IMG/VR virus record: IMGVR_UViG_3300028591_000073
Coordinates: 1-64,000 of that record
Length of the DNA stretch: 64,000 nt
Direction: 5' to 3' (one strand)
From: a virus
Lineage: Duplodnaviria > Caudoviricetes
In this document: positions 8,941 to 18,883 of the stretch, piece after piece
How positions within the stretch are numbered: position 1 is the stretch's first letter
Layout: each line of letters begins with the position of its first letter
Program-made: the position numbers and the translations under genes
The notes under the pieces: model-generated
What the model was told of the DNA's origin: nothing
The model's input: the letters and a program-made list of their open reading frames with translations, nothing else
Database searches by the model: none

Positions 8941-11133
8941 TCAATTCATTTGATATGATTCCGTCACAGGAATGCTATTATTCAGAATTAAATTCTGTAC
9001 ATGTTCATCTAAGTCATGTGCTTCCTTTGGATCAAATGTGGTCTTGTTATAATTATTTTCCACACCAGCACTGCTAATCTTGGAATAGTTATTGACAATC
9101 CATTCACAATACCGTTTCACCTCGGGTGAAATCTTTTCTTTCCCACTCATAATGGTTTTTGCAATTTGGTAAGCTGCATAGTTCCGCTCACTATTTGTTG
9201 GATAAGGTGATAAGGTAAACTGACGGAGTTGCTTTTCCAAATCTTGTAAATACTTCAAACGATCATCGGAAATATCATTTGCGGCAAAGTCACGTTTGGT
9301 ATAGCCATAGGTGAATGATAATGGAAGATTGTACATGCCAGCAAACATGTCACAATAGTATTCTTCTTTGTTGGTATGATTCAGATAATCCGTATACGCT
9401 TGTGCCAATGCAGCGTCACTTCTGTTTGGTAACAGCTTTAACATCGGCAATCCAATCGGAGCACCGATAATGGAACAACTTAATCCAGTTGCAATCTTAT
9501 TTAAGATTTTATAACCACTTGGATTACTGATGTACTTATTCCCTTTCTTGGTAGCATGTGGAATCTTCTTCTGATATTGTGCGATTGCTTTTTCATATCG
9601 AGCAATCAATGCATCCACTTGCTGATCTGCATCACTGATGGAATTAGAATGATCCAAAGCATTCTGAATCTTCGTCAATTCCTGTTGGTTATCAGACAAT
9701 GCAGAAATGTAACAAAGCTTTTTGATCAGCTTCTTCTTTTCCATATCATTCAGATTCTTTCCTTGAATTACAACGGTATCTGCAAACTTGGAAAAGATCT
9801 CTCGACGTGTACTAGCATCTGTTGTATTCAAAGCCATTGCCATTGCACTTGTAGATGTATAAATAAACATGTTTGTTTTACATCTGATGGCATTTACAAC
9901 ATTATGGAATATCTCATGACACAAGGAAGCACACATGAATTGACCAAATAAATCCTTATCTGCACTCTTTGTCATCTCTTCGTCGATTGCATTATTTACA
10001 CAAACAATTGTGATGGGTAATCCATTTAATTGGAAACCTTTGGATTTGGAGACATAAATCTTATCAGAATGCTGATGATCAAATACTAATGTGAACAGAT
10101 TGGTTTTATCCGCTTCTTTTACATTATCTTTGAAATGCACACTGAGTTTACAATCAAACTGTTTCTCCAATTCATTGATGCCACGTTTGTAATGTTGAGA
10201 AGATGTGAATTGATCCAAATCAAACATACCTTTTTCTTTGTCGGCTTGTTCGTCACGTGCCATATTGAAACACTTGATTGCATTTGTAATATGGGTATTG
10301 TCAAACTTCATATGTTTGATATCTTCTGGATTGACCTTGGGTTTTTCATTTTCCACATCCGCTTCCAAAGCAAAGGATTCTGTTGGTTTTACATAATCAA
10401 ATCCCTGTTCTTGTAACAGTTCATAACCAAGATAATCCGTATCATGATAATGAGAAATTAAATCCAAATGAAATGCATTTTCTTGAATGAGTTTTGCCAT
10501 ATCAGTTGGACGTGGTTCATTATCACATGCCAAATCCAAATCAATATTTGCCATGAATTCTAATTCAATCGCATCTTCTTTTTTGAAGTAATCATCTTTT
10601 TTCTTATTGAATTCATCTTGTTTGAATTCTGGTATTTTATTCTTTTCACGTAATTCATCTGCTTTTAGATGTCCTTCTTTTGTATTGGGAAGGTCCATCA
10701 ATCCGGAATCATATACGAGAACTTCATCACCATTTGCATCTACATGACGTTCGATGACTTCTCCTTTATTGGGATTTGCATTTTGAGAAACATGAGGATG
10801 TAATCTTCCTTCATTCGTTTCTGCATCATGACGTTCGTCTAATTTATCATTGACTCTTTGTGAGATATGATCTAATACACCACCAATACTACATACGATT
10901 GCTTTTGTATTCGGACGAACATCTGGTGGTGTCATAACATGATCATCAACAATTCGTAATGTTTTAATCTCTGGCTCAACAGTGAAATGTGTGGGTGGAA
11001 TACCATACATGGCACCAACGCATTCCAAAGCAGTAATCATATCCGGCGAACCGGATATGATTTCTTCCACTTTCTGTTTTGCATGTTGATTAAATTCGGG
11101 AATGTTGACAATCTCCTTTTGATATTTCAACAT
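8941..11133 (-). CDS. Zincin (HExxH) metalloprotease-domain virion protein, M48-like
   Basis: LCHEIFHN, downstream EEYYCDMFAGMY and YPTNSER, one hydrophobic segment, and FALE|A and VTE|S protease-type sites. SD GAAAGGAG favours ATG 11133. Confidence 0.7.
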   Translation of the reverse strand: MLKYQKEIVNIPEFNQHAKQKVEEIISGSPDMITALECVGAMYGIPPTHFTVEPEIKTLRIVDDHVMTPPDVRPNTKAIVCSIGGVLDHISQRVNDKLDERHDAETNEGRLHPHVSQNANPNKGEVIERHVDANGDEVLVYDSGLMDLPNTKEGHLKADELREKNKIPEFKQDEFNKKKDDYFKKEDAIELEFMANIDLDLACDNEPRPTDMAKLIQENAFHLDLISHYHDTDYLGYELLQEQGFDYVKPTESFALEADVENEKPKVNPEDIKHMKFDNTHITNAIKCFNMARDEQADKEKGMFDLDQFTSSQHYKRGINELEKQFDCKLSVHFKDNVKEADKTNLFTLVFDHQHSDKIYVSKSKGFQLNGLPITIVCVNNAIDEEMTKSADKDLFGQFMCASLCHEIFHNVVNAIRCKTNMFIYTSTSAMAMALNTTDASTRREIFSKFADTVVIQGKNLNDMEKKKLIKKLCYISALSDNQQELTKIQNALDHSNSISDADQQVDALIARYEKAIAQYQKKIPHATKKGNKYISNPSGYKILNKIATGLSCSIIGAPIGLPMLKLLPNRSDAALAQAYTDYLNHTNKEEYYCDMFAGMYNLPLSFTYGYTKRDFAANDISDDRLKYLQDLEKQLRQFTLSPYPTNSERNYAAYQIAKTIMSGKEKISPEVKRYCEWIVNNYSKISSAGVENNYNKTTFDPKEAHDLDEHVQNLILNNSIPVTESYQMN

Positions 11134-11154
11134 GGAGAATTCTCCTTTCATTCA

Positions 11155-14100
11155 TTATGCGGGTTGAGCTTGTGCATTTGCGGCTGGCTGAGCAGGAGCT
11201 GCCGGTTTTTGTGCCGGTTGTGCATTGGCATTTGGTTGTTGCTGCTCGAAGCTACCAGAAGCATCTTTGTATTTTTTGATAATATCGGAATATAATTTGT
11301 AAGAAGTCACAAAAAATGCATCTTGCATACTGTGAGCAAATCCAATACTATATTCATTTGAAATTTCGGTAACAATCTTAATCAGATCTTCCAAGCGAGT
11401 AATATCTGCATTACCCGTATTATTCGCATTTGCAGCATCACCTTGTGCTTCACTGGCGTTTGCATTTGCTTCTTTTAAGGCAGCCAATTTCGATTTCAAT
11501 TCATCACTCGTTGATTTGATATCTGCAGTAATTTCTTTGATACCAACTGTAACTGCTTTGTCACAGTTGATAATATTATTAATGGTATCTTGCCATAATT
11601 CCGGAGTTAATTCATTGGAATAGTTAGCATTGGATGCATCCGGTTTACCGAATAAGAAGAAATTTTGTAATTTCTTACCATTTTCGCTGTCTGGTTCAAA
11701 CTTCTTTGGAGCATCGATTTTGGATTGTAATGCTGCATTTACATTTGCTTTCACATTTTTTGCTGTAAGTGCTGCCTTTCCAACATTTGCGGGTTGTGCT
11801 TGTGGTGCCTGAATTTGTGGTGTTTGACCAGATTCCAATACATAGGATTCCGTAATAACAGCTGCAACTGCTTCTGGATAGAATGCTTTCTTCACACTAA
11901 GTGCTGTAAGTGGTTCTTTTGCTGTACCATCCAACCAAGGTTTGATGACCTCGGATAATTTCTTCTGTCCAATCTCTTTGATGGGAATATTATATTTCGG
12001 CCAGTCTTCGACTTTTGGTTTGAATGAACCATTTCCCAAATCTGTTTTGATCTGTTCATTCATTGTCTTATTTGCAGCAACATAACCCACTTGTGCTTTA
12101 TAATTACCTTTGAATTTTTCAGCAACTTTCGTCAAGGTACCTTGTACCCATTTGGTGAATTCATCAAGCATCCGTTTACACCAGCTCTTCTTTTGTTCAG
12201 CTTGTGCAGATGTCACTTGGCCATTTCCACCACCAGTCGGTTTCCCGTCATTACCAGTTTCCACAACCTTTGGTTCATGTTCATCTGCTTCCAACACAAA
12301 TGCTTCTGTATACATATATCCGGGAGCATCCACATCATCCATGTTATCAGACACAACCAAAACCATATGTCTGTCATATAGTTTGATCATGCTTCTTGTC
12401 ATGATTTCACCAAGAACAGCCAAGATGTCACGTACGAGTTCCCAATTGTATAATCCATCGCTTCCATAACATTGAATGATGCCTTCCATCACATGTGCGA
12501 TTTTAAGAATATGATTGCACAATTCTTCCTTTGTCTTCAGTCTTGTTTCACTGAACATGTGATACAAAGTTTCCAATGTTTGTTTAATCGGATGACGATG
12601 TTCCAATCCTAATGCATCGGTTCTGTAATTGTCATCTTGGAAATTGTTACCAAATGCAATACGATCCAACCAACATACATCTGTATGGAAGTCGGCTTGA
12701 TGTAGTTTATTTGCATATTCATCATAACTTTCACATCTTGCACATGGATCGTTGATAAACATACGACAAATCATCATACCATCCATTCCATCTAATACCT
12801 TGGAAGGATTGCCGTAACGATAAATGAGTTGTGCAAATGGGGAACGTGTGTCTTTTGTAATATATTCGATTGCTGCAACCGTATCTTTGAACTTTGGATG
12901 CATATCTTGTAATACAATATTTCTCATATTGATATCAAAAGGAATCTTGTTGAAGTGACGAGAACGATTGGTCTTTAACAAGCAGCATTCTGTGATGACA
13001 TCACCTTTTGCAAGTTTCTTGGTTTCTTCACGTTTTGCAAAGTCTTTTACACGAGAACGGAATTCTTCTATCTTGAACTGATCAGATGTACCAGAGAACA
13101 CTTGGTTGAATTGATTCATTCTCACAAGCATGTTTGCTTCAAAGTCAGCAGGTGCTGGAAGTACTTTCTTTGTCAAATCAATATCCGCAGATTTCAGAAT
13201 ACTATTGACAAAGGTGGAGCAAACTTCTTTTAGTTCATGATCTGGTGCAGTATCACTCTTATGTGGTTTTTCATCATTCCACAATTGTCTCCAAATAATA
13301 CCAAGTGAGTATTTAGACTTGGGACTATTCTTCACATGATCTGCATATTTCTTCATCGTATTCCATTTATCATTGGAAACAAATGCAACAAAGACAGTGA
13401 ATCGAATACCTTTGTGATGGTCAGAGAACATATCATCCATGCGGAAACCATTTCGAACAATTGTGTCTTCATTCACGGGATTTTGTAAGCCAAATGAATA
13501 AACATGGTGTAAGGAATCATCAAATGACAAACCGGAATGGGAATAACGAGAACGAGTATGACGTTTTACTTGGTCGGATACAAATTCCACACCCTCTGTC
13601 AATACGACATAAATCGGTTTTGTTTTCGATGTATCAACAGCTTCTGTTACCACATCATCTGCATTATTGGTTTTCTTATATTTTGCAAAGTTTTTCACAC
13701 GATCCAACATGTCTTGTTCGTCGAAGTGCTCGGGTTTTCCATTGAACACACGTTCGAAATGTACCATGTCATTTGCCATACTTCTGTCGAAGTCTTGTGG
13801 GGATGGCAGGTGTTTTCCAGTAACATTTACGCCAGCTTCTTTTAATACACGATCCACAAATGTGGAACATACAAATGCCATGTCCTTTGGTTTATGAGAT
13901 TCTTTATCAGAATGCCACAACTGCTTCCAGATCGTTCCTAATGAATAATCCGTCTTTTTATCACCGACATAATTATCTTCCACAAAAGATTTCATTTTGT
14001 TATAATTTTCATTGGACATGTATCCGGCATATACACTCATGGTGACATCTTTGTGATTTTCCGTAAAGAAAGAATCAATACGGAATCCATTCTTACGCGG

Positions 14101-15090
14101 AGCTTCTTCGGTGCGATTCTTATTGAACATGCCGAATGAATAAATTCGATTCATAGAAGAATCAAATGAAATTCCAGCATGTGATATAGCACTCAGTGTT
14201 GTTTTCTGTACTGCTTTTGAGATGGCACCGTTTCCACTCATCAGAACAATGTATACCGGTTTATATTTCGATGTGTCAACTGCTTCCGTATACAATCCGC
14301 CATCGTCCATATCGGCATCATCCAATAATGTGTTGGAATCTACGTGCTCTTTCTTTTCAATGAATTTTGTATCATATGTGGATTTCGGAACACAGAAGAA
14401 GATCATGTTGCTCATGATGATTGTATTCAGCATAATCGTAAACAGAATGAATTCTTCAATGAATGTTTGAACTGCTTTCTGTTCCACATAAGTCAATTCC
14501 AAGAAATCAGTTTGTGTGATGAGTTTCGGTAAACCCTCTACAATCTTCATGATATTGGCATTGAAATGCATGTCGGCAATCTTTTTATAATCTTCCTTCA
14601 TTACTTTCACACGTTCTTGCATTTCAAATCTAGAAACAACAGTGGTATGATAGAAGTCATTTTCACAAAGAACCAACAAATCTCGTAGAGTCATATTGTC
14701 GGTAGTGTAATTGTACAAACCATAGATGGAAGAATGTTCGATTGGAACACAACCATGATCTTCCACGTATTGCTTTGCACATACAACAGAAAACTTCTGT
14801 AAATCTGTCACATGTGGACAGATCATACGATTCTTCAATACCTTAATTAGATTAGAAGTGTAAGTTGCAATATCAGATGGTGTGATATAACGGAACTTGT
14901 ACAAGTTATTGACAACACCATATTCTTCGGAGAATTCGATCTTTCCATTGGAGATGGATGTCAATTCTTTAAAGACGCGATCAAATGCTTTTAATGCCAA
15001 TTCAATCTCATTCGGGAATTCTTGACTGAATGCGAATTCACGTTTTGGCTCATTCTTTTTCGCATCATGCTTTATCTCATTTAATTGCAT
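11155..15090 (-). CDS. Large head polyprotein with two tandem permuted papain-like amidase (YaeF/YiiX-type NlpC/P60) domains
   Basis: Two repeats starting TE|AVDTSK-P(V/I)Y, each with His before Cys (SHAG...VCSTFV; SHSG...VCSTFV) and ending LP(S/A)PxDF. C-terminal domain has an amphipathic helix. SD AAGGAG favours ATG 15090. Confidence 0.7.
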   Translation of the reverse strand: MQLNEIKHDAKKNEPKREFAFSQEFPNEIELALKAFDRVFKELTSISNGKIEFSEEYGVVNNLYKFRYITPSDIATYTSNLIKVLKNRMICPHVTDLQKFSVVCAKQYVEDHGCVPIEHSSIYGLYNYTTDNMTLRDLLVLCENDFYHTTVVSRFEMQERVKVMKEDYKKIADMHFNANIMKIVEGLPKLITQTDFLELTYVEQKAVQTFIEEFILFTIMLNTIIMSNMIFFCVPKSTYDTKFIEKKEHVDSNTLLDDADMDDGGLYTEAVDTSKYKPVYIVLMSGNGAISKAVQKTTLSAISHAGISFDSSMNRIYSFGMFNKNRTEEAPRKNGFRIDSFFTENHKDVTMSVYAGYMSNENYNKMKSFVEDNYVGDKKTDYSLGTIWKQLWHSDKESHKPKDMAFVCSTFVDRVLKEAGVNVTGKHLPSPQDFDRSMANDMVHFERVFNGKPEHFDEQDMLDRVKNFAKYKKTNNADDVVTEAVDTSKTKPIYVVLTEGVEFVSDQVKRHTRSRYSHSGLSFDDSLHHVYSFGLQNPVNEDTIVRNGFRMDDMFSDHHKGIRFTVFVAFVSNDKWNTMKKYADHVKNSPKSKYSLGIIWRQLWNDEKPHKSDTAPDHELKEVCSTFVNSILKSADIDLTKKVLPAPADFEANMLVRMNQFNQVFSGTSDQFKIEEFRSRVKDFAKREETKKLAKGDVITECCLLKTNRSRHFNKIPFDINMRNIVLQDMHPKFKDTVAAIEYITKDTRSPFAQLIYRYGNPSKVLDGMDGMMICRMFINDPCARCESYDEYANKLHQADFHTDVCWLDRIAFGNNFQDDNYRTDALGLEHRHPIKQTLETLYHMFSETRLKTKEELCNHILKIAHVMEGIIQCYGSDGLYNWELVRDILAVLGEIMTRSMIKLYDRHMVLVVSDNMDDVDAPGYMYTEAFVLEADEHEPKVVETGNDGKPTGGGNGQVTSAQAEQKKSWCKRMLDEFTKWVQGTLTKVAEKFKGNYKAQVGYVAANKTMNEQIKTDLGNGSFKPKVEDWPKYNIPIKEIGQKKLSEVIKPWLDGTAKEPLTALSVKKAFYPEAVAAVITESYVLESGQTPQIQAPQAQPANVGKAALTAKNVKANVNAALQSKIDAPKKFEPDSENGKKLQNFFLFGKPDASNANYSNELTPELWQDTINNIINCDKAVTVGIKEITADIKSTSDELKSKLAALKEANANASEAQGDAANANNTGNADITRLEDLIKIVTEISNEYSIGFAHSMQDAFFVTSYKLYSDIIKKYKDASGSFEQQQPNANAQPAQKPAAPAQPAANAQAQPA

Positions 15091-15163
15091 ATGATAAATC
15101 TCCTTTACTACATAATTTTTCTCCATATATAAAAGGTATATGGACAAAGTTAACATCTCGTTT

Positions 15164-15183
15164 GGTGGGCCAATTGGCCCACC
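15164..15183. promoter_or_regulatory. Perfect palindrome GGTGGGCCAATTGGCCCACC between divergent operons
   Basis: 20-bp palindrome, CAATTG-centred variant of the family. Not downstream of any gene end. Confidence 0.5.
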
Positions 15184-15279
15184 TCATCTGTTTTATTTTA
15201 TATCAAAAAGGTTCTTTATATTTCTCAACAACGAAAAGCTAAAACCTTTCATTACGAATGGAAAGGCGGTGATCGCATT

Positions 15280-16023
15280 ATGCGTAACACAAGATGTCTT
15301 TTTTGTAATCGAATCTTTGATGACAAACATGCATATTGCCATCATATCGCATATCAACATAATGACCAAATCCCAGATGAAAATGAACCATTGGAATTTG
15401 CATATTCATTACTGGTTCACAAGCCAGTGGGAAGATTATGTTTGATGTGTCGAAAGAACCAGGTTCACTTTAATAAAGAGACATTGAAGTATGAGAGGTT
15501 GTGTGACAATCCCGCATGTAAAGAAGCGTATGTTCATCAAATGAAACAACGTATGGTGAATGTATATGGGAAAGAGCATTTGCTCAATGATGCAGAGATG
15601 CAACGTAAGATGATTCATAATCATCCTATGTCAAAAGATTATGTTTGGGATGACACACATCAATTTCATGTTATCGGAACTTATGAGTCAGACTTTTTAA
15701 ATCAATTGAAAAGTTTGGACTGGTCTCCTGATGACATTATCGCACCTTCTCCTAATAATTACTGGTACAAGTGGAAAGATGGGTCAACCCATCTTTACAT
15801 TCCTGATTTTTTTATTCCTTCTTTATCATTAGAAGTGGAAATCAAGGAATCAGATAACACCCATCCACGAATGGAACATGCTCGTGAGATTGAATATTTG
15901 AAAGATGCCAGAATGAAAGTGGAGATGAAAAAGACGAGTATCAATTACATTAAGATTGTCGATAAGAATTATGATGAATTCTTAGAGACCTATGTAAAGT
16001 CCGATACAAATAAACCTGAGTAA
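15280..16023 (+). CDS. Zinc-finger PD-(D/E)XK nuclease (TnsA-N / T4 gp4 head-completion-like)
   Basis: CLFC...HIAYQH, CLMC and a further Cys pair; HLYIPDFFIPSLSLEVEIKES nuclease motif. Confidence 0.7.
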   Translation: MRNTRCLFCNRIFDDKHAYCHHIAYQHNDQIPDENEPLEFAYSLLVHKPVGRLCLMCRKNQVHFNKETLKYERLCDNPACKEAYVHQMKQRMVNVYGKEHLLNDAEMQRKMIHNHPMSKDYVWDDTHQFHVIGTYESDFLNQLKSLDWSPDDIIAPSPNNYWYKWKDGSTHLYIPDFFIPSLSLEVEIKESDNTHPRMEHAREIEYLKDARMKVEMKKTSINYIKIVDKNYDEFLETYVKSDTNKPE

Positions 16024-16039
16024 AGGAGAGATTATAATC

Positions 16040-18394
16040 ATGAGTCGTTTAAGAAGAGATTATGATGAAAGCATCTTCCAAGAATCCAACAATGAAAAGA
16101 TTGATGACTTCAAGGAATGTGGTAATGGTTGTGGTTCAAAAGATGGAAAGAGCATTACATTTGGAACAGAATCTGCAAAGAAATCCAAAAGAAGAGATGT
16201 TGTAGATGATGTAGAAGAATGTGGAGATGGTTGTGGTACTAAAGTTGGATTTGGAAAAGAATCCGCAGATACTACAGCAAATGATACAAATGACACAGCT
16301 GAAGATATGGATGCTGGTGGAAATGATGATTCCAGTTCATCTGATATCGACACAACAACCGAAGCAGCAACTCCGAAGAAATCTAAGAAGCAGGATACCG
16401 ATTTGGAATTCGATGATGATGAAGAATGCGAAGACGGTGAATGTGATGATGACGATGTTGATGAATTCGACAAAGACATCGATGAAAAACCCAAAAAGAA
16501 ATCCAGGAAAAAGAAATCTAAGAAAACAGATACAGATGTTGACTTAGATGATGATACAGATGATTTCGATTCGGATAATGATGAATGCGATGACGATGAA
16601 TGCGATGACGATGAGTGTGATGATGACGAGTGTGACAAGAAACCCAAAAAGAAATCATCCAAGAAAAAGGGTGTCTCCGATGATGACTCCGATGAAGATG
16701 TTGATTTCGATGAAGAGGGTTTCTTTGATGTCTTTAAGAAAAAGAAGAAAGCAGATATCGATGATCCAGAACTTGCAAAGATGAAACAGCAACGTGAAAA
16801 TGCTGCTCGCAAGTTGCAGTCTTCAGCTAATATGTCTGGTGCAGACAAAGCCGCAAGAATCAGAGAAGCAAGAATTGCATTGACACAAGAAGAAGTGGCT
16901 TCCTCCTATTCCCCGAAGCCTGGAATGGTGGAACATGATGACACTGTAAAAGAATATGCATTGGAATCTTATCTGAACCAGATCTCCGAAGATCAATTGA
17001 AAACAGAACGTCAGATCATGACATCCATGATTGATGATTTGTATAAGGAATACATGCTATCTGATTTCTATGGTGAAGATGTTGTCGTAGAATCTGATGA
17101 AGAAACCATCGAAGATGGTGAAGAAGTTGTACAGGAAAGATTCTTCGGTGGTACAGGCAAAACCGCTTCTGGTTTGGTAAAGCCTGTTGCAAAAGGTGCA
17201 AAGCGTATTCTCGATTTCAAGAACGGTGTTCCTCGTAAAGGAATCATTCGTAACGTTGTACATCGTACCAGTAAGGATTTGAAAAAGGGCGGTGTATTAT
17301 ACAAGCTCGTGGCTTGGCCATTCCTGGTCATCAAGAATCTTGTACAAACACTTTATCACAAAACAAAATCCTTTATTGCATACAAAGGCTTGTTGATTGG
17401 TATTGAAGTGAAAATCAATCGTGAAATTTCCAAGATCAGAAAGAGAGCAAGAAATATGCCGAAGATGGCATTGGCTGGTGGTGCGGGTTATGCAACCGCT
17501 GCACTTGCAAGTATTGCGAAAGGTGAACCATTACCTTTGAAGCCGACAGACTTTATTGCCTCTGAAGGTGCTAAACTAGTGGAAGAACTTGGTCGAGATA
17601 CGATGCTTCGTGCATTAACTTCCAGATTGGCTGAAGCCATTGAAGAATCTCCTGAAAAAATTCGTGCAGCCATCCAGCAAGGGAAAGATAAGGTTGGTAA
17701 GGTAACTCCAGAAATGGGTAAAAATGCAAAGCCTGTAATTACCATGAATCAAAATAAAATCACCATGGAAGGTCTCGTGAACATGAATGGTATTTCCAAG
17801 ATGATGGATGATATCGATGATTGGGCTGATATTGCAGAAGGTGTTGCACTTGGTGTGCGCAGTGGAGATGAATCTTGTGTATCTGGTTATCTGTCTAAGA
17901 TTAAACAGATGGAAGAAACATACATGCCAGATGGTAAATTGAATCTTGGTATTATCTTTAATGCAAAATCCGGTGCTGTTAAGATTGCGGATTTCTATGA
18001 AGAACTCGCATCCAAATTGACAGAGAAAACAAAGAAACTGGAGAAGGGTTTGGAAAAGATTACCGGATTGGAAAATGCTGTGAAGGAAGGAAATATCAGT
18101 ATTGCTTCTGATACAGAAAAGGGCTTGGCAGAATTGAATACATCTGTACAGCATACATGTAATGCATTTGTGGAAATGATTGATTCCATCGATGATCTTG
18201 GTAAATATGTCATGAATACCATGGAAACATATCTTGGTTGTTTGGAACAAACAGAATCTGCTCTTGCAAATGGAAAAGGTAGAGATGATGGTGAGATGAC
18301 ATCAAATCATGATGAACCAGAATTCAAACCGAAGAAGAAACGTCACAAGTTATTTGGTAAGAAAGATCTTGAGGAAGATGATGTAGATGCTTGA
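16040..18394 (+). CDS. Head/scaffold-like protein with long acidic-basic disordered N-terminus and internal cargo motif
   Basis: D/E tracts alternate with KKxKKK blocks; (DDDEC)n repeat; IFQE|S, YALE|S, VVVE|S and VVQE|R sites; internal copy of the cargo motif (TERQIMTSMIDDLYKEYML). Confidence 0.6.
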   Translation: MSRLRRDYDESIFQESNNEKIDDFKECGNGCGSKDGKSITFGTESAKKSKRRDVVDDVEECGDGCGTKVGFGKESADTTANDTNDTAEDMDAGGNDDSSSSDIDTTTEAATPKKSKKQDTDLEFDDDEECEDGECDDDDVDEFDKDIDEKPKKKSRKKKSKKTDTDVDLDDDTDDFDSDNDECDDDECDDDECDDDECDKKPKKKSSKKKGVSDDDSDEDVDFDEEGFFDVFKKKKKADIDDPELAKMKQQRENAARKLQSSANMSGADKAARIREARIALTQEEVASSYSPKPGMVEHDDTVKEYALESYLNQISEDQLKTERQIMTSMIDDLYKEYMLSDFYGEDVVVESDEETIEDGEEVVQERFFGGTGKTASGLVKPVAKGAKRILDFKNGVPRKGIIRNVVHRTSKDLKKGGVLYKLVAWPFLVIKNLVQTLYHKTKSFIAYKGLLIGIEVKINREISKIRKRARNMPKMALAGGAGYATAALASIAKGEPLPLKPTDFIASEGAKLVEELGRDTMLRALTSRLAEAIEESPEKIRAAIQQGKDKVGKVTPEMGKNAKPVITMNQNKITMEGLVNMNGISKMMDDIDDWADIAEGVALGVRSGDESCVSGYLSKIKQMEETYMPDGKLNLGIIFNAKSGAVKIADFYEELASKLTEKTKKLEKGLEKITGLENAVKEGNISIASDTEKGLAELNTSVQHTCNAFVEMIDSIDDLGKYVMNTMETYLGCLEQTESALANGKGRDDGEMTSNHDEPEFKPKKKRHKLFGKKDLEEDDVDA
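16574..16636 (+). repeat. 15-bp coding tandem repeat, about (DDDEC)x4
   Basis: gatgaatgcgatgac repeated with synonymous changes. Confidence 0.85.
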
Positions 18395-18869
18395 TACAAA
18401 AGGAATCACTTTGGCGGAAGTCAATGCTAGATATCCTTCCACAGTTCAGTTACTTGGATATGACGCACTCATGGATATTGATGAATTTCATAAACCAAAA
18501 ATCATTTCCACATTTGAAATGTGTTGTAATGTCATTGTCACATTACTGATGATGAAGCCGGGTCAATATCCAAGTATACCTGAATTGGGAATTGATATCG
18601 AACAGTATCTATTTGAATATTCTGATGATAATACAATTCCGACAAAGATAAAAAACGCAATCTATGATCAATGTAATCGATTGGAATTAACTGGAATTGA
18701 AATCGATGTCTATATCAATAAGACATACCAATCTTGCAATGAGTTACGTGTTGTCATTAAAGGTTCTGATTACATTACTGCAAATACAGAAATACCAGAA
18801 GTGATTATTGGTATCACATATGACAAACTGAATCGATTATATCTCCGAAAATATCAAGTATCTAATTAA
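18387..18869 (+). CDS. Baseplate wedge protein, gp25/GPW-like
   Basis: LLMMKPGQYPSIPELGIDIEQYLFE matches the gp25-family pattern; 160 aa. Confidence 0.7.
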   Translation: MLDTKGITLAEVNARYPSTVQLLGYDALMDIDEFHKPKIISTFEMCCNVIVTLLMMKPGQYPSIPELGIDIEQYLFEYSDDNTIPTKIKNAIYDQCNRLELTGIEIDVYINKTYQSCNELRVVIKGSDYITANTEIPEVIIGITYDKLNRLYLRKYQVSN

Positions 18870-18883
18870 AGAGGTGATTTAAC

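Noticed and set aside
11134-11145. GGAGAATTCTCC palindrome overlapping the metalloprotease SD
   Set aside because: A 4-bp stem is too weak to claim regulation.
15280-16023. Transposase or homing endonuclease
   Set aside because: No partner transposition genes, element ends or interrupted host gene; its position at the head of the structural operon fits a head-completion-type nuclease better.
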